Origin: Amphiscolops sp. MND2022
Taxonomy: Eukaryota
Reading direction: 5' to 3'
Assembly (NCBI GenBank): GCA_964187785.1
Contig: OZ076414.1
Location: 50,778,001 to 50,842,000, forward strand
DNA: 64,000 nucleotides
The notes under the pieces were generated by a model, which was not told the DNA's origin, ran no database searches, and saw nothing but the letters and a program-made list of their open reading frames with translations. Both the position numbers and the translations under genes were made by a program. Each line of letters opens with the position of its first letter. Position 1 is the stretch's first letter. Of this stretch, positions 1 to 13,800 are shown in pieces.

Positions 1-192
1 CCGAGTAGATACGGGGGAGTGCAATACACAAAAAATTTCGGGTGTAAAAATCGAAGGTAAAAAATTATGTTTCAGGACCAAACCGAAATAACTCAACACA
101 AGAGGTGCCGAAACCCGCCGACTTTGCAAGAGAGATGAGCCCGATGCCCGGAACCTCCAAAGAGTAAAAAGGAGAAGCCCAGAAGGGGAAAA
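1..192 (+). mobile_element. 3' end of a Gypsy-type LTR retrotransposon truncated by the window edge (integrase C-terminal tail plus polypurine tract)
   Basis: Frame 1 reads PSRYGGVQYTKNF, resembling the MGGIEYF* terminus of the Gypsy pol at 27640-27662. The purine tract AGAAGGGGAAAA (181-192) abuts TGTTATACA, a typical LTR start. Confidence 0.55.
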
Positions 193-450
193 TGTTATAC
201 AGTGTAATACCGCGCCCGAATTTATTCGGTTCATCAAGTGCCAATCAAACTGAAAGACTGAAAGACAATTGTTGACCAACAAACTAAAGTTCCTAATTTA
301 TGTTGATACATATTTATATACATATATGTTTGTTAGATTGGCTTTGATCGGAACCATTGTTGGATAGAAATTCCATAGAATAATGTTTGGAAAAAGAGAT
401 TTATTAGATTTGCGATTCGTCTTTTATTATACAAAGTTGGAATTAGAACA
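193..450 (+). repeat. Probable 3' LTR of the edge Gypsy element (right boundary uncertain)
   Basis: Starts TG directly after the PPT. The first plausible ...AACA end is at 450. There is no second copy in the window to confirm the end. Confidence 0.35.
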
Positions 451-2109
451 GTGTGAAATGTTGGGGAGATTCAATAGAAGTGTTACTATGTATGTCTTAA
501 CGTTTTGTTCAAAATGCTAGTTTTCAATTTGTGTATTAATTAATCCTTACACTGCCGTCTTTTAAATTGAAATTTTGTTTCATTTTAAATTAGGAATTCA
601 GTGTTCTGGAGTTTGCACCTGAGAGGACAGTTTTTCTATCAAAGCCCAAAATTCCAGTTTATCATCTACTTGACTGCCTTTTTTTAAAATTCAGTGTTGC
701 TTGTTTTCTTGATGATGCATAAGAAACGCGTTCAATTAGGAATTCTTAAGCCGCCATTATTGACTTTTCTTTCAATTCAAGAATGACACATTTTTTTCTC
801 GCAGCATTTTCTCTGACCAAACTTCTGTTCCTCTTTCACAAAAAAGACATCAAGTGATGCTCATTAGAAGGTTCGATCAATTCCTATCCTCGCCGGCCGA
901 TCAAAACTTTTGATTGATAAAAATCAATGGAATTTCAGACTTTTCGAATTGCAAAACCGAAATTTTCCAAAAAAAAGATTGGTGAATGTTTATTTTACTC
1001 AGAAATTTGATATAAAACAGATTAATTCAAAAAGACGATAAAAATGAGAGAAAACGCTTCTTTTGCACAAAATTTGAAAAATTGAACTCACAAATCTGAA
1101 TAAATCGTGCTTTTATTCACTCAGAAATCAATGCAAAATTTTGTCCTCAGGTGTTCTTCGAGACTTCTGTGCTACTGTTTTGAAACTTAAGCTGTTATTT
1201 TGGATGATAAAATTTTGTTAGGGGCCATATTTTTTCAAAGAGCACTACTATGGACAGCGTGTCTCGTTCACGTGCTTTTATGTAACATAAATGTGTTCTC
1301 TAGAAATGCTTTATGACACTTTTTAATCACGGATTTGCGTCAGATACAATATAAGCGCGCATTGGTTAGAAAACTAGACAATTGTCTTAACTAAAATCCA
1401 AAAATCTTTGTGTCAGAACAATTTTGAAGTATGGCAAGTCTACACCAGATCTGTTACGGAATTTCGTGATGTTTTTGAGGATTCACAAGTTTTCCAAAAA
1501 TGTAAACAGGGCCAGTCCCAAAGCAATGTGTATGCAAATTCTTGTGTCTCGACTACAGCAGTGACTTGATAGCAAATCGTGAATATGAAAGACTGTTACA
1601 ATGTCAATAGTTAATCCGAAGACCATCGTAAAATTTAAATTCATTGGTTCCTTAGACGAGACAGCTTGAAACTTTTTACATGCTAGAGGACAGCATGCAT
1701 GGTAATTTTTTTCACAAATCTAGAAATTCAGAGAGCTTGCGGTGATAAATCTTGTAGGATCAAACTGCAACTAAAAGCATCAAAGCGTTCCGCTTCATTA
1801 CCTATCGATCATGTTTTTTTTCCGCAAATAATTTCTCTTAACTATTTTTGATGCAATCACCGCTTCTCAAATAGCGTGCTGAAAATAACGCGAGTTAGCA
1901 GCTTATTATGTGAACAAAGTCAATTCTCTTTGAAATGTCCTTAAAAATGGGAACACTTTGGTTTGGCTGCACTCAAAGATACATTCAACCAACGTTAACT
2001 TCAAAGCTTGAATTTACCAAGTGTCGTAACCTAAATCGCTGTTTTGAGAGTCTACAGAGCTGTCGCATCTATTACAATCTGGGTTATTTCGATTTAAGTT
2101 CTTTTTCGA

Positions 2110-2350
2110 TCAGTTTTCCCGCATTTTGAAGCTAATCTCAACTTCGGGATTCCTGTGTAGCCCACTGGATAGAAGGTCCACTTTTGTGCTAAATTCTTTT
2201 TTTTGCGTTACTGGACTATTTTGAAGAGTTGAAAGGACTTTATCAGCAATGGCTGATTTTATAGCTTGAAGAATCTGGGAATTCAGGTCTGCTTGGATTT
2301 CATTCAATTCTCTGACATTTGGCTGGCTCTCTCAGAATTTACCATTGACA
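2110..2350 (-). pseudogene. Decayed fragment of a coiled-coil gag-like N-terminal ORF, homologous to 60998..61570
   Basis: MVNSERASQMSE../NEIQADLNSQILQAIKSAIADKVLSTLQN..KVDLLSSGLHRNPE aligns by eye with RLVNAEVSRKMEELKRDLNSQIAETINSLISERILPNIQN..EVDHRSNRLSRTTE. The fragment is frameshifted near 2307. Confidence 0.55.
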
Positions 2351-4134
2351 CTTGTAACACTTCCATCAAGCAGCTTAATAACAGGTCCAGAATAGCAGGG
2401 AAATATTACCAGATGAATGCTTCCGTAAAAATTTAGACAATCACAGTAACAGTTGCTGGAAACTTTTGGGAACATCAAAAGTAGATTTGGATCGATTTAT
2501 GAAAAGTTTTCTAACTTAGTTCAGATTTCATGAAACTTTCACACTATTTGTAGATTCCAAAGCATTTTCCATGAATTGGGAAGCTGAAAAAAAACATTCA
2601 GCTTTGCATTGAGATCCCCAGTTGTATTAAACTTTTACTTACTGGTCTGTAGAATACTATTCAAATTTGATAGAAACTCGGAGTTGTCATGTTCAATGCG
2701 AACCAGATTATCTAACGTACCCTTTAGGATTCAAAATTAAAATGATCGAAACTTGCATTCACCGGAGGTCACTGCGGTTCCTACGATAGTCACCACAGTT
2801 TGTAGCACGAGTTAGTAGCAATAAATTCGTCAACTGAACTCGCCGTGAAATTTATGACAACTTTTTTCTTACTCAAACTGTACCATTGCGGGAAAAACTC
2901 AGTTATTGTTTGAATTCAGACTAGAAGATAATTTCTTTTTGGTGCACCTTTTGTTTGAAACGTTTTGCGAAAACAACAACACATCTACATGTAAATGCAA
3001 CTGCAAGAAATTCCAAGAGATTTCAATTAATCTTTTTTGTTAATACTCTTTCGCTTCGGTTCGGAGAGTAGTCCAGTCAGGGGTGTTCGATCTTTTTTTC
3101 GAATATTATTATTGCTTAAAAAATAATTTTTTTATTTCCATGGTGGAAAAAATTAATGTTAATATTTTTTGCAAAAATAATTGTTTTTATTCTTAGAGAA
3201 AAACGGATATCAACAAAAACCTAAATTTGCCATCCATAACCAAAATCTTCCATAAAGTCTAATGCAAATGGTTTTTACACGGCGCATTATTTAAGAAATG
3301 TACCCGATTATTATAGTGACTAGTTTTTTTCATCATTTCCCAAGCAGACGACCGTCGGTTCGATGTCTGTCGAGGACTAAATAACTTCGTTTGGAAACCT
3401 TAACATGTCAAAGGGTCTTCCTTTTGGGTTTTTAGCACTGTGCGACTTTTTTTTCGAAAAGTCCCCCTTTTGAAGTTTTTCGAGAACTGGTTAATTTCTC
3501 AAACGTCAAACAAAAACAGAATTTTGACATATTTGAAAGGCTGTTTCCAGCTTTAAACGGGGCGCCGAGATTAGATGTTCCCGTCTTGTTACTTAATAGC
3601 GCAATCACCATTCACTGAATCCACTCTTGATCTGACATCAATTTGTGTTTCATTTTGTAGGGAGTTGTAGCAACGCGAAATAGAGTTAAAACCTTGCATT
3701 GTCAATCGATGGGAGGTTGTCCATCAAATACATCCTTTGTACAAAGCGCACTGAACAATGAGTCAGCAGATTCTTTTGACGTGACATTATTGTATTGTCA
3801 AATCTTGCGGCTCTATAGGTTGGCTCCCTCCAAAATGCAATATAAGACAAGTCTGTAACTTCTTGTTCAATTATTTTAATTCCCATCGAATTATTTTAGG
3901 TTACCTGAATTGATGATGTTTATTGTAGAAGGAACAATATATTTTATTGTATTGGATTATTAAGTTTCTCTAAACTGACAGAGGAAAATTATCGGATCTC
4001 ATGGGACTGAAACAAACAATATTAATTTCATGGCGATTGAATTTATTCAAAATGTAAGAATATGCATGATCATTCTATGGCACTATTGAGTTTATATATC
4101 ACCATACATATTTTTTGGATGATTGGCATGATGG

Positions 4135-4565
4135 TTTTAGTCGGCGCATCCTTTAAGGAAAAAAGCCCGAGTATTACAGTGGCAGGTTTTGTGGTCCGTC
4201 TTTCATTTATTTAATTTTTAACGTAAAATACAAAAACGGACGAGACTCTAGGGTCCCTCTTTAACTTTTTTGATATTTTGCAACAAACTGGAGTTTCGAA
4301 AAGCCCAAAGGGTCTCCCCGTTTACATTTTTCGGCACATTGAAACTGTTTCAAAATTCGTTTTAGTCTGAAATTATTTTGTTATCTCAATATATACCCAC
4401 AAATAATTTTTTCAATATTTTCCAAAATTTTGACGTAATATCCGGAGTAAAAAGCTATATCCAAACTTTTGACGTTATATCCGAAGTAATTTGCGTTTTA
4501 TTGAGACGTAGGATGATCTTTTTGAGCCTTAGATATAGCACCGGCTTTAGACGTTCCCGTCTTGT
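4135..4565 (+). mobile_element. Helentron/HINE-like non-autonomous element
   Basis: 5' TTTTAGTCGGCGC, internal AAGGGTC(T/C)CCC units, 3' AGATATAGCACCGGCTTT followed by hairpin AGACG-TTCC-CGTCT (4549-4562) and TGT. Confidence 0.6.
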
Positions 4566-4638
4566 ATCGACGTTAACCCGTGTTGTTACTTCAGTGACCG
4601 CATAAAAGACCTGGCTTCCGCAGGGTTCTTTTTCAACA

Positions 4639-4870
4639 ATGGTATCTCAGCAGGGCTTCGCCCCTTATGCAAACGGCAACTTTCCTGCCTCACCCGATGA
4701 CAACCAAGCAGTGAACAGAAAAAACTACTGGAACTTTCAGAACGCCCCAGACGAGTATTCCCCCGCTGATTCCTCAAACAATTACGTCACCCAAAACGGC
4801 AAAAACCTGACAGACCCCCAACCTCATATTGTTCACCCCGTAAACTCTTCTTCCTCGGAATTACCTCGCG
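4639..4870 (+). CDS. DEG/ENaC exon 1 (low-complexity cytoplasmic N-terminus)
   Basis: acaATGg start and a GC-richer ORF. The phase-1 donor CGCG|GTTTGG joins exon 2 in frame. An upstream in-frame AG at 4622-4623 means an earlier exon cannot be excluded. Confidence 0.7.
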
Positions 4871-7800
4871 GTTTGGAAAAAAGTCTTGTAAAGAAAAAAT
4901 CAAGTGCATATTTATGTAATTCAAGGACTTCATATGCTAAAGTTGAAAGTTTAAATTAGTTGGATATTAAAAGGAAAGCATTTCAATAAATGAAATACTT
5001 TATGCACAAAATATCCAATAGGGATGAGAAAGGAGCTTCATCTTCGTAGCTCTTCCATTCCTCAACCTCGATACTTCTTAACACTTCATATGTTAATTTG
5101 AATTTTGTGTCAACAAAAGATGACATTATATGAGATGAATAAAATTTTAGTTTCTGATTAGCATGTTGTTGAAAAAATAGATATAAATGATACAATAATC
5201 AATTAGATTGAACCAAATTTACCCGGATCTGAATTCATCAGGTTTCCATGCAATTAATTCCATACATTTGGCTCCATACGATTCCATGCAAAAGACGGCA
5301 TGAAATTATCGTATGATACCATATGGTTCAATGCATGGAATTGCATATGGAGTCGCATGTTGCGTTGGATCCGGGTAGCTAGCAAAATTATTTCTATACA
5401 GCATATAAGGTATCATCATTCTGCAATTACTAGAAACACTGAACGTGCATATGGCGACAAGTACACAATGACACTAGAAAGTTTTTTGTAGTTGTCTGAA
5501 ACACGGTCCAATACAAATATTCAATAGTTTATTTTGGCGTATAAATTTATTGCTAACACTGTCAATTTTTATCAAAATCAAGGTCGAAAGATAGCGCAGT
5601 TCGGATACATAAAATAAACAATTTCATTGAGCCAATTCGTAGTATTTACAATTCAAAGCACTGATACTATTTTGAAATTATTGCGGGATTCTCGTACCCC
5701 GTGGTACGGTTTCTCAGGTTGAGATTCTTTCCGAGAACAGAGTCGTATTTACGTGTTTTAAAAAATTGAGGCCAATTCTTTTCTCCTTCTTATCCAACCC
5801 GGCTTTGTGACGTAATAGCTAGTCACGTGACGAGCGGCGACCCTTCAGACGTGATGATGTCACCGGTGAAGAATGGTAACTGTTGTCAGTTTTGTGAAGC
5901 GGCAGAAGTGGTGACTGCCAAGAGAGAAAATTCCACCCTCAAAAACGTGCTCCTTTTCATCATAGTCAGCGTCAGCTTTGGTTAGCCCTGATCATAATCA
6001 TGATTTTTTTTAGTTTTCCTGATTTTTCGAGAAACTCCATCGAAACTCTCTGGGACACTTAGTCTGGGTACAAAAATGTTCTCCCATGCTGGGTTAAAAA
6101 CGTTCACATCTCTTTACCTGCGGAACACAGTTCTTGACACATGAAAAACATAAAAATGGAGAACGTTTGGGAATGTCCTTGCTTCGTTTTTTTTAAAATC
6201 TCACCCGAATTTTTCACCAAAAAAACTCAAACCCATTCAGCTCGCCAACTTCAGCCATTAATTTTCATTGACTAATTTTGTCCCTTTTCAGGAATGCTCA
6301 TTTTGACGTGTGAACAGGTGTTAAGGGAGTACCTGGGAGAACCGTTCGCTGTGGAGACGACCCTCGTGAACGAGACGGATATCAACAGGAAGTTTCCTGA
6401 CGTCATCATTTGTTCACACCGCATGGCCAGTTTGCAGAAGCTAAGGCAGCACCTCAACTTCTCAACCCAAATCGAAGATCTTGCCCAAGATGTCATTGAA
6501 AAGATACAGAAAGGAGAAGAAGTTGATCAAGGTAAGCAAAACGCAGATAGTCATTCATTCTTTTACCTCCCCCTAGATGAGGCTGTTGGAATTTTTTACA
6601 TGCTGCAGGCCTGCATGTACGGTAATTTTTCATAAACCTAGTAAATTCCGGCGGTAAATCTTGTAGAATTACACTGCATTTTTAAAATTCTGATCGAAAA
6701 CAACTCCCACTTCGTTACCGACAAAATCAAGTTGTTTTCACACTTTGTTTTCTCAAGAAAAGAATTCTAAGCCGAAAAAATGAATTAAACCGAAATACTT
6801 ATTTCTGAGTACAATAAATTATGAAACGAGCAAAAATTGCAATGAATAAGTATTAAAATGAAAAAATATTGAAATGGATAGTACGCAAATGTGAAATAAT
6901 GAAAATCATGAACAATGAGAATTCGTTCAAATGAGAAATATTAGTAAAACCAAATACAACGACAATTTAGACTGATACGGAGATTGAAGCACCAAATGAG
7001 ATTGATCTGTCAACAATCCAAGTCCTCCTTCAAACTATGAGTTTTCTGGTTGAAATCCAGAAATGTTGAGCGCTGTATCGGTGCTTGCTCAACTTTTCTA
7101 AACATCAACTGTTCTTCAATTTTCATAGCTGGGATTCCCAACTAAATATGTTTGCTGTTTTTTCTCAATTTGTGCTTCCAGTTAGAATTCTAACCTTCAC
7201 ATATAATTTTCGTCCGAGTACTTGCTTCTCTATTGTAAACATTCCAATTATCTATATTAATGCCATTTATCAACTGCCGTTCAACGTAGTTGAAAAACTG
7301 GGTGTCCGGACATTACGCCCAAAGACATTACGCCCAAGGACATTACGCCCAAGGACATTACGCCCAAAGTGGACATTACGCCCAAACGTAAATTACGCGC
7401 AAGGAAATTACGATAATGTAATCAGCTATGCACACATACCCCTAGTGCCCTAAATGCAGGAGCGAAGCGAAGCGTTTCACAGTGGGCATATATATACCTT
7501 TCAACTGGCGAGAACATGTACTGGTCTTGAAGTCTGTTACAGTTGTTTGGGGTTCAAATTTTGTGTGAAATTTTTTCTCGCATTTTGCTTTCAGAATAAG
7601 CAAAATAATTGTACAGTGGCCTTCAGTTTCGCAACCAAGCATTGCCAAGCGGTTTGAATTACAGTATGGATGCAGAAGATTTGAACGAATCTTCATTTCA
7701 AAAAGTTTTTACCTAAAATAATTCTTGATATATACATCTTGTATCACTGTCGGTACTGGGGGAGTGTTTTGACTTTTTTGCTCATTGTCGGTCTTATGGA

Positions 7801-10800
7801 TGAATACATAGATACAAAGTCCCATGTAGATACTTACAATACAATTTCGTGTGGTCAGTTCAATGTCTGCGAAAAGAGCATAGAAAAAACAAGTTATACC
7901 AATGTTCCATATTGCTAATATTGCTTACGATTTCCCGTGAAATAGTTGTCGAAAAACATATAGCAAGCCGTGAACTATAGAAGTCGGCGCTATACCTAAA
8001 GCTCAAAAAGCGCATTTTTCAAAAATTATGCTCAGAACGTTGAAAAACTCACAAAAAAGTTTCGAAACATCCAAAGTGTGCCTTTAGTGCTCGGAAAACG
8101 CTTCAGAAATTCGGATATAGCGTGCTAATACAAAAGCTAACGCTTCTTTCGATCCTACGGCTCCTCCTCAGTAAAACTCAAACAACTTCGGATATAATAT
8201 CCAAAGTTTGGAATTGCGTGTTGGGAAATGGGAGCGCTTGTTTTCGAACGTCTGCCTTCTCCTTAGTAAAACGCAATATAGCTGCGGTATAACGTTAAAA
8301 ATTCGGCTGTACCACAGTATTTTCGAACCTCCACCTTCAAAATTTGGACAGTATCGAAAAAATTATCGGCGGAAGTTTTGAGAAAACCTAATATCAGACA
8401 AAAAATGAGAATTTTGAAAAGTCTTGTAGTGCCGCAAAATGAAAAGGGGGACCATTCGGGATCTCGTACATCCATTTTGTTGCCAAATATCAAAAAATTG
8501 AGTGATCCTCTAGTGACATTGAAAAATTTTCGAAAAAAAGCTAAAATTTAGAATTTTGAACAAAGCCACAGTGCCGAAAATGTAAAAGGGGGACTCTTTG
8601 GGATTTTTTAACATCCATTCTGTTGGAAAGTTTCAAAAAAATAAAATGGGGCCCTTTGGTGCAATCATAAAATTTTCGAAAAAAGTCTCATAGCGCCGAA
8701 AAAAATATATAAGCTAAAAGCACCAAGATAGCTAAAGTGGGGAGCCGTAGTATGTTTTCGAGGTTCTGGTCGTCGGTTTTGTTTTGGACGAGGTTTTGAC
8801 GTTTCCAGTATGTTTGGCCATCCGTAGTTCAACTTGAACAAATGCACAAAAAAGTGGACCTTACGCGTATAAAAACTACCCACTATAAGAGTTGGGCACT
8901 TTTCTTCAAAAGCGCTGACTAAAAACACATAAAACGGCTGTTTCGAAGGACGTTTTTGTTTCCATTTCAGACATTTTCAGTCGCGAAGGAATTGACCTGG
9001 AGACGCACTACAACAACATTCTGTGGCACAGTTCTGTGGTCAGTTTTCTGCCCATCCAGGACCTGCGAGCAGTGAAGATATCCAGGGACGAGTTCGTGAT
9101 CGACTGCAAGATCAAAAACTACATCCCTGGAGGACCTGCCTTCATAGACTGCCTGCCATTTATGGAGGACTTCGTCAGCAACGAGTTCGGCGTTTGTCAG
9201 CGAATAAAACTGCCCGAGAAACAGAAAGAAGCTGCTGCTAAGTTTCCAGGTCAGCGTGCGTCAGTGGAAATGTAGAATTAATCATTTTAATTTGGGAGTT
9301 TGTTGATTTTTCGCATGAATTTGTACATGCATGGTAAATTTCATGTTTGAGCGCATGTTTGGAAAACAAAGGTGGTTAGGATTCGCGACCCAAAATTGAC
9401 TAAAGGTACATGTAGCTACGATAATTCTCGCTAAGACAAATCATTTTCAACGCTTTGCTGAGGAGCATCGTTACCTATCAGATACCTCTGGAAGTTGATT
9501 TTATGCGAATTTTTACCATATATCACAGATAATTAACGTAGCTGTGAATGTGTAAATGTTACCTTCTGAAGTAAAACGAGGATTTTTGTCCACTCTTGTA
9601 TTAAATCTAACGTCCAGCTACCAGCGTACATCATATAAGTGGGATAATGCCTAGGGTGCTTAAACATGAGACCGTTGTCTTACTGCAGCCCTAGACATTA
9701 GTTTTTGTCCCAAAATGGTCTCCTAGGGGAACTTTACATACGTCAAATTAGAGCTCCGAGGCGAGGTGTCGGCACTCTCAAAGTCCGGACACACCCCACA
9801 AGCCTGTAAAAACGAATCCCAAGGTTCCTGACATTCCTGCGACTGCCTACATACTCCCGAGGTCTAAAAACAGGGTTTAACTAAATTACATTTTATTGAG
9901 GGAATAAGATCTAAAATAGAGACCTATTAGGTCAAACATCGCCAAATACCTGCATAAATATGGTACAATAGACCAAGGAAACATCAGGCGTCAGTGTCAG
10001 CGAGTCTTGGACTTGCGAGGTGGTACATGCAAATTATGCAAACTTCTGAGTTTCTTCATCTCTTGGGCCATTCTTCGGGTTCTGCTGTTAGCTGGGACGT
10101 CTTCTGAGGAGGATGGCACCGCACGGCAATTTCGGGGATACTTCTATGGGTGCTCTCTCTCGGGCTGGGTTTTTTTGGTTTTTTTTCGTATTCCTTTGCG
10201 ATTTTCTGTACCTGCCAGGTCGGCCATTTTGAATTGACTTATTTGATATTGCACACGTTTTAACTAAAAAAGTAGGATTTTTCATACAGCGGATTCATTT
10301 CAGGTTATTATCATGAATTATACCTAACAATAAATTCAATTCTTGTGATTAAAAAATAACTGAATCAACTGTTTTTGTAACGTCAGGCAACCGAAACAAA
10401 ATTTCGTTGAAATTTCAACGAAATTTTGTTTTGGCTGCCTGACGTTACAAAAACAGTTGATTCAGTTATTTTTTAATCACAAGAATTGAATTCATTGTTA
10501 AGTATAATTCATGATAATAACCTGATGAAATGAATCCGCTGTATGAAAAATCCTACTTTTTTCAGAACTTTATATTTACAAGTGTGTTAGGCAAGAACTT
10601 TCACACAACAAACTTGTAAATATAACAAATATTCCAAATGATTTTCTAGTTTCATATTGCATTTTTTAGCAGAATGTGAAATGAATGAATAACTACTTTT
10701 AGGTGCTGTCTATGGAATGAAGTTGAACCTTTTCATGAACACGAAGGACACCAGCGGTCAACTGACGTCATCAACTGGGGTCAGGGTCACTGTGTTTGAC

Positions 10801-13800
10801 CCCGAGTTCCCAAAAATTCCACAAGTAAGTTTCCAATCCCTGTTCCCGTGCAATTAAAATTTGGACGTCCAATTGAGAAATATCTGCCATCAAGATGACT
10901 GTCAGCGAAAAGGATGAGAAAAACTAACTATAAAGCAAAAAAAGTACCACCGGGACACAAGAACAGAAATAACTGTTTTTTTTTTAAAAAAAAATGGCAC
11001 TGTTTTCTGCTTAAGCCCCCAGTAGTACCCCCCAATTTTGAAAGGGGTGGTTGGCTTTTGTTCAGACAATCATTCATAAAATCCAAAATGAAAATAGAAT
11101 CTAAATTAAAATCTGCAATTAAGCCATAAAGTGAAAATTAGTTATATATAAACTGTTTTGCGCAATCTAGTTGTCAAACCTAAAATTCTGCTTTTCGGGA
11201 AATTGTTATAGGACACCGACATCTACCAGAACCAAGCCTGCACAGATTCGGCAATAGGATTAAGATAGATGAATTTGTCGCTATGAAATCTAATGCAACT
11301 TTTGTAATCTTAGAATTTTGTTCATTATTATTATTCGATTGGAATTAGAAAAATGTTAGCAAGATTTTCGCGAGAATCTGATAATGAAATCCAAAGTATT
11401 CAAGATGTGAAAAAAAATTGGCAAGATCTTACCATGTCTCTTAAGGTTCTGGAAAGAAAATAAAGCAGATTTGTCACTGACAACAAACAACTTGCCGCAA
11501 GCGACACGTCACTTTGAATGAATGGAAAACGTGTTCCAATGGATAAAGTTCAAAAAACCTTGAAAACAGTGAAAAGTTCGTAAAAGCAAACGTTTGACAC
11601 CAATTAAACTTATGAGTTGAAGAGCGACTTCGAAGAGTGAAGTGGAGACGAAAGGCGAGTATACCTGAGACCACTGATTTCCGCCCATGGACCACCGATA
11701 ATGACCGGTGGTAACAAGTTTCCCCTTTTTGATAATAATTTCCCACCAATGGCCGTCGGCGGTTCATGGGTTGTCGTAATTGAAAGATTTTTAGATCCAA
11801 AATATGTTTAAAATCCAAAAGTACGAATTTTAGCTGAGATCCACTGCGTTAGATCCACATAAAAATGTCTTGTGGTTCATTCATAGTCTAGGGTAGCGTT
11901 GATGACACTTTCTGGTGTTTCTGTTAGCAGTGTTGCAGAGCAAAGATACCTCAGTCAAAACGCGAATTTTGGAGGGGTAAAAAACCGAGATGTCAAACAT
12001 TAGAATGATATTCTCGCGTCACGCTTTTTGCAAATTTTTGTGCAAAACTTTTTTTTGAATATTTCCGTTGGTAGCTCATTGGTGGTCCACTTATGACCAC
12101 CGGAAATGTGCCATGTATGACACTTTCTGGTGTTTCTGTTAGCAGTGTTGCAGAGCAAATATACCTCAGTCAAAACGCGAATTTTGGAGGGGTAAAAAAC
12201 CGAGATGTCAAACATTAGAATGATATTCTCGCGTCACGCTTTTTGCAAATTTTTGTGCAAAACTTTTTTTGAATATTTCCGTTGGTAGCTCATTGGTGGT
12301 CCACTTATGACCACCGGAAATGTGCCATGTATACTTCAGTGGTCACCCTTGGGTCTGTCATGAGAAACAGGGTGGCTAACGATTGTCACCTCCGGGTTAC
12401 AATATGTTGGCTATATCGACCAACTTTTGCATTGTTTTCTGAAAGAATAAACAAAACAAAAACAACGAGATACAAAGCGCGGAAAGTAACTCTTACCCTG
12501 TGGTATCAGCTGTGGTGAAACGAAATTCACTGAAAGGCAGGAATTGCGTCTAAAGAGGAACGTTATTTCCGCACCAATCAATGTCTGATCGTATTATTTG
12601 TATGTAAAGGTGTATAAGTAAAGGGTGAGTGCTGAATTTTCAAAAAAAACGCATTTGCTACCATCAAGCGCTTGACAAGAACATGGTAAATCTTGGGTAA
12701 ACCTTGCCGAGATCATGGTTTACCATGGTTAGCCTTTGCACGATCTTGCATGGTCATGGTATTTTTGCCAAGATCTTGCCATGATCTTGGCATGATACCA
12801 TGGCTTCAAACACCTCTTTAAAAGTGTGTAGGTGACTGTAATTTAGGTTTTGATTTGATTTCACTGTAAAGTTCACTGACCAATCTGCATTTCAGAACAA
12901 CGGGATCGACATCTCGCCAGGCACAGCTCTGAGCATAGCCTTCAACCGGGTGGAGTACCAAAAACGAAGTCGCACGGCCCGGCTGAACAAGAGCCATCGC
13001 TTCGAGTGCGTGGACTCCCGCGACTGGGGCAAGTACCTGCTAAAGACCAGCGATAAAGACAAGAGCATTCGTGGCACTGAATACGCCACTGCCAGTGAGA
13101 TGCTGTGTGATCAGACATGTGCTTCCATGTTAGTGTATTGTTCACTCAGTTTGTTCACTCACCGTCACCATTTTACATGCTAACATTCATGTTGCAGCGA
13201 TACAATGTAAGATTCTTCCAGGAATCCAAGACAGTTTTTCAGAAACTTATTCATATTTGTTGATATGAATGAACTTTTTTGATATTGAAACACACGCAGT
13301 ATTTGTGGAAAATATATTTTATAACCAACTTGACTTTAACTACTATAGAGCAATCCAAATTCTCTCAAGCAATTTTGCAACGAAAATGATTTTTAAAAAA
13401 TCTGAGCGTTAAATTCCGCAACAACATAAAGCCAACTCTTAGCTCAACTTTTTTGGACAATAATAATTGACAAAGACATCAACTTTCATTATTAGTTTCA
13501 ATCAGCGTTTCAAAAACATTATCAGTTTCCTTTTTTGGACAAATTAAGTTACTTCGATCACCTAAAAGTTCTGTATAGGTAGGTTTAAACAAAACGCTTA
13601 TGCCAACTTTAAAGTCGAACAGCAAGCTTTTCAAGCTGTTGCTATCAACAAATTCATTGGCGTGCGTCCCTCAGTAACTGAGCAAGTTTCGAACCTGAAT
13701 AAGATTTATCCGTCCAAGAAGAAAATCAAATGTTTTTGTTTTCGATTTTAGCTTGATGTTTGTTTTGAAGCCTGATACAATTTGAAAAAAATCAGAGGAA

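Noticed and set aside
5847-5848. Downstream in-frame acceptor for exon 2
   Set aside because: It is possible as a minor variant (10 aa shorter), but the pyrimidine tract favours 5817-5818. It does not affect the HG-loss observation.
7308-7385. Regular short repeats as a possible CRISPR array
   Set aside because: The units are directly adjacent with no unique spacers, the context is eukaryotic, and there are no cas genes.
8971-8980. Acceptor at 8979-8980 for exon 4
   Set aside because: It gives the wrong frame from the phase-1 donor. The AG at 8969-8970 restores the conserved frame.
13095-13110. Earlier donors GTGAGA (13095) or GTGTGA (13105) for exon 6
   Set aside because: They would drop the conserved CxxxC of the thumb. 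The first is also phase-incompatible with exon 7.
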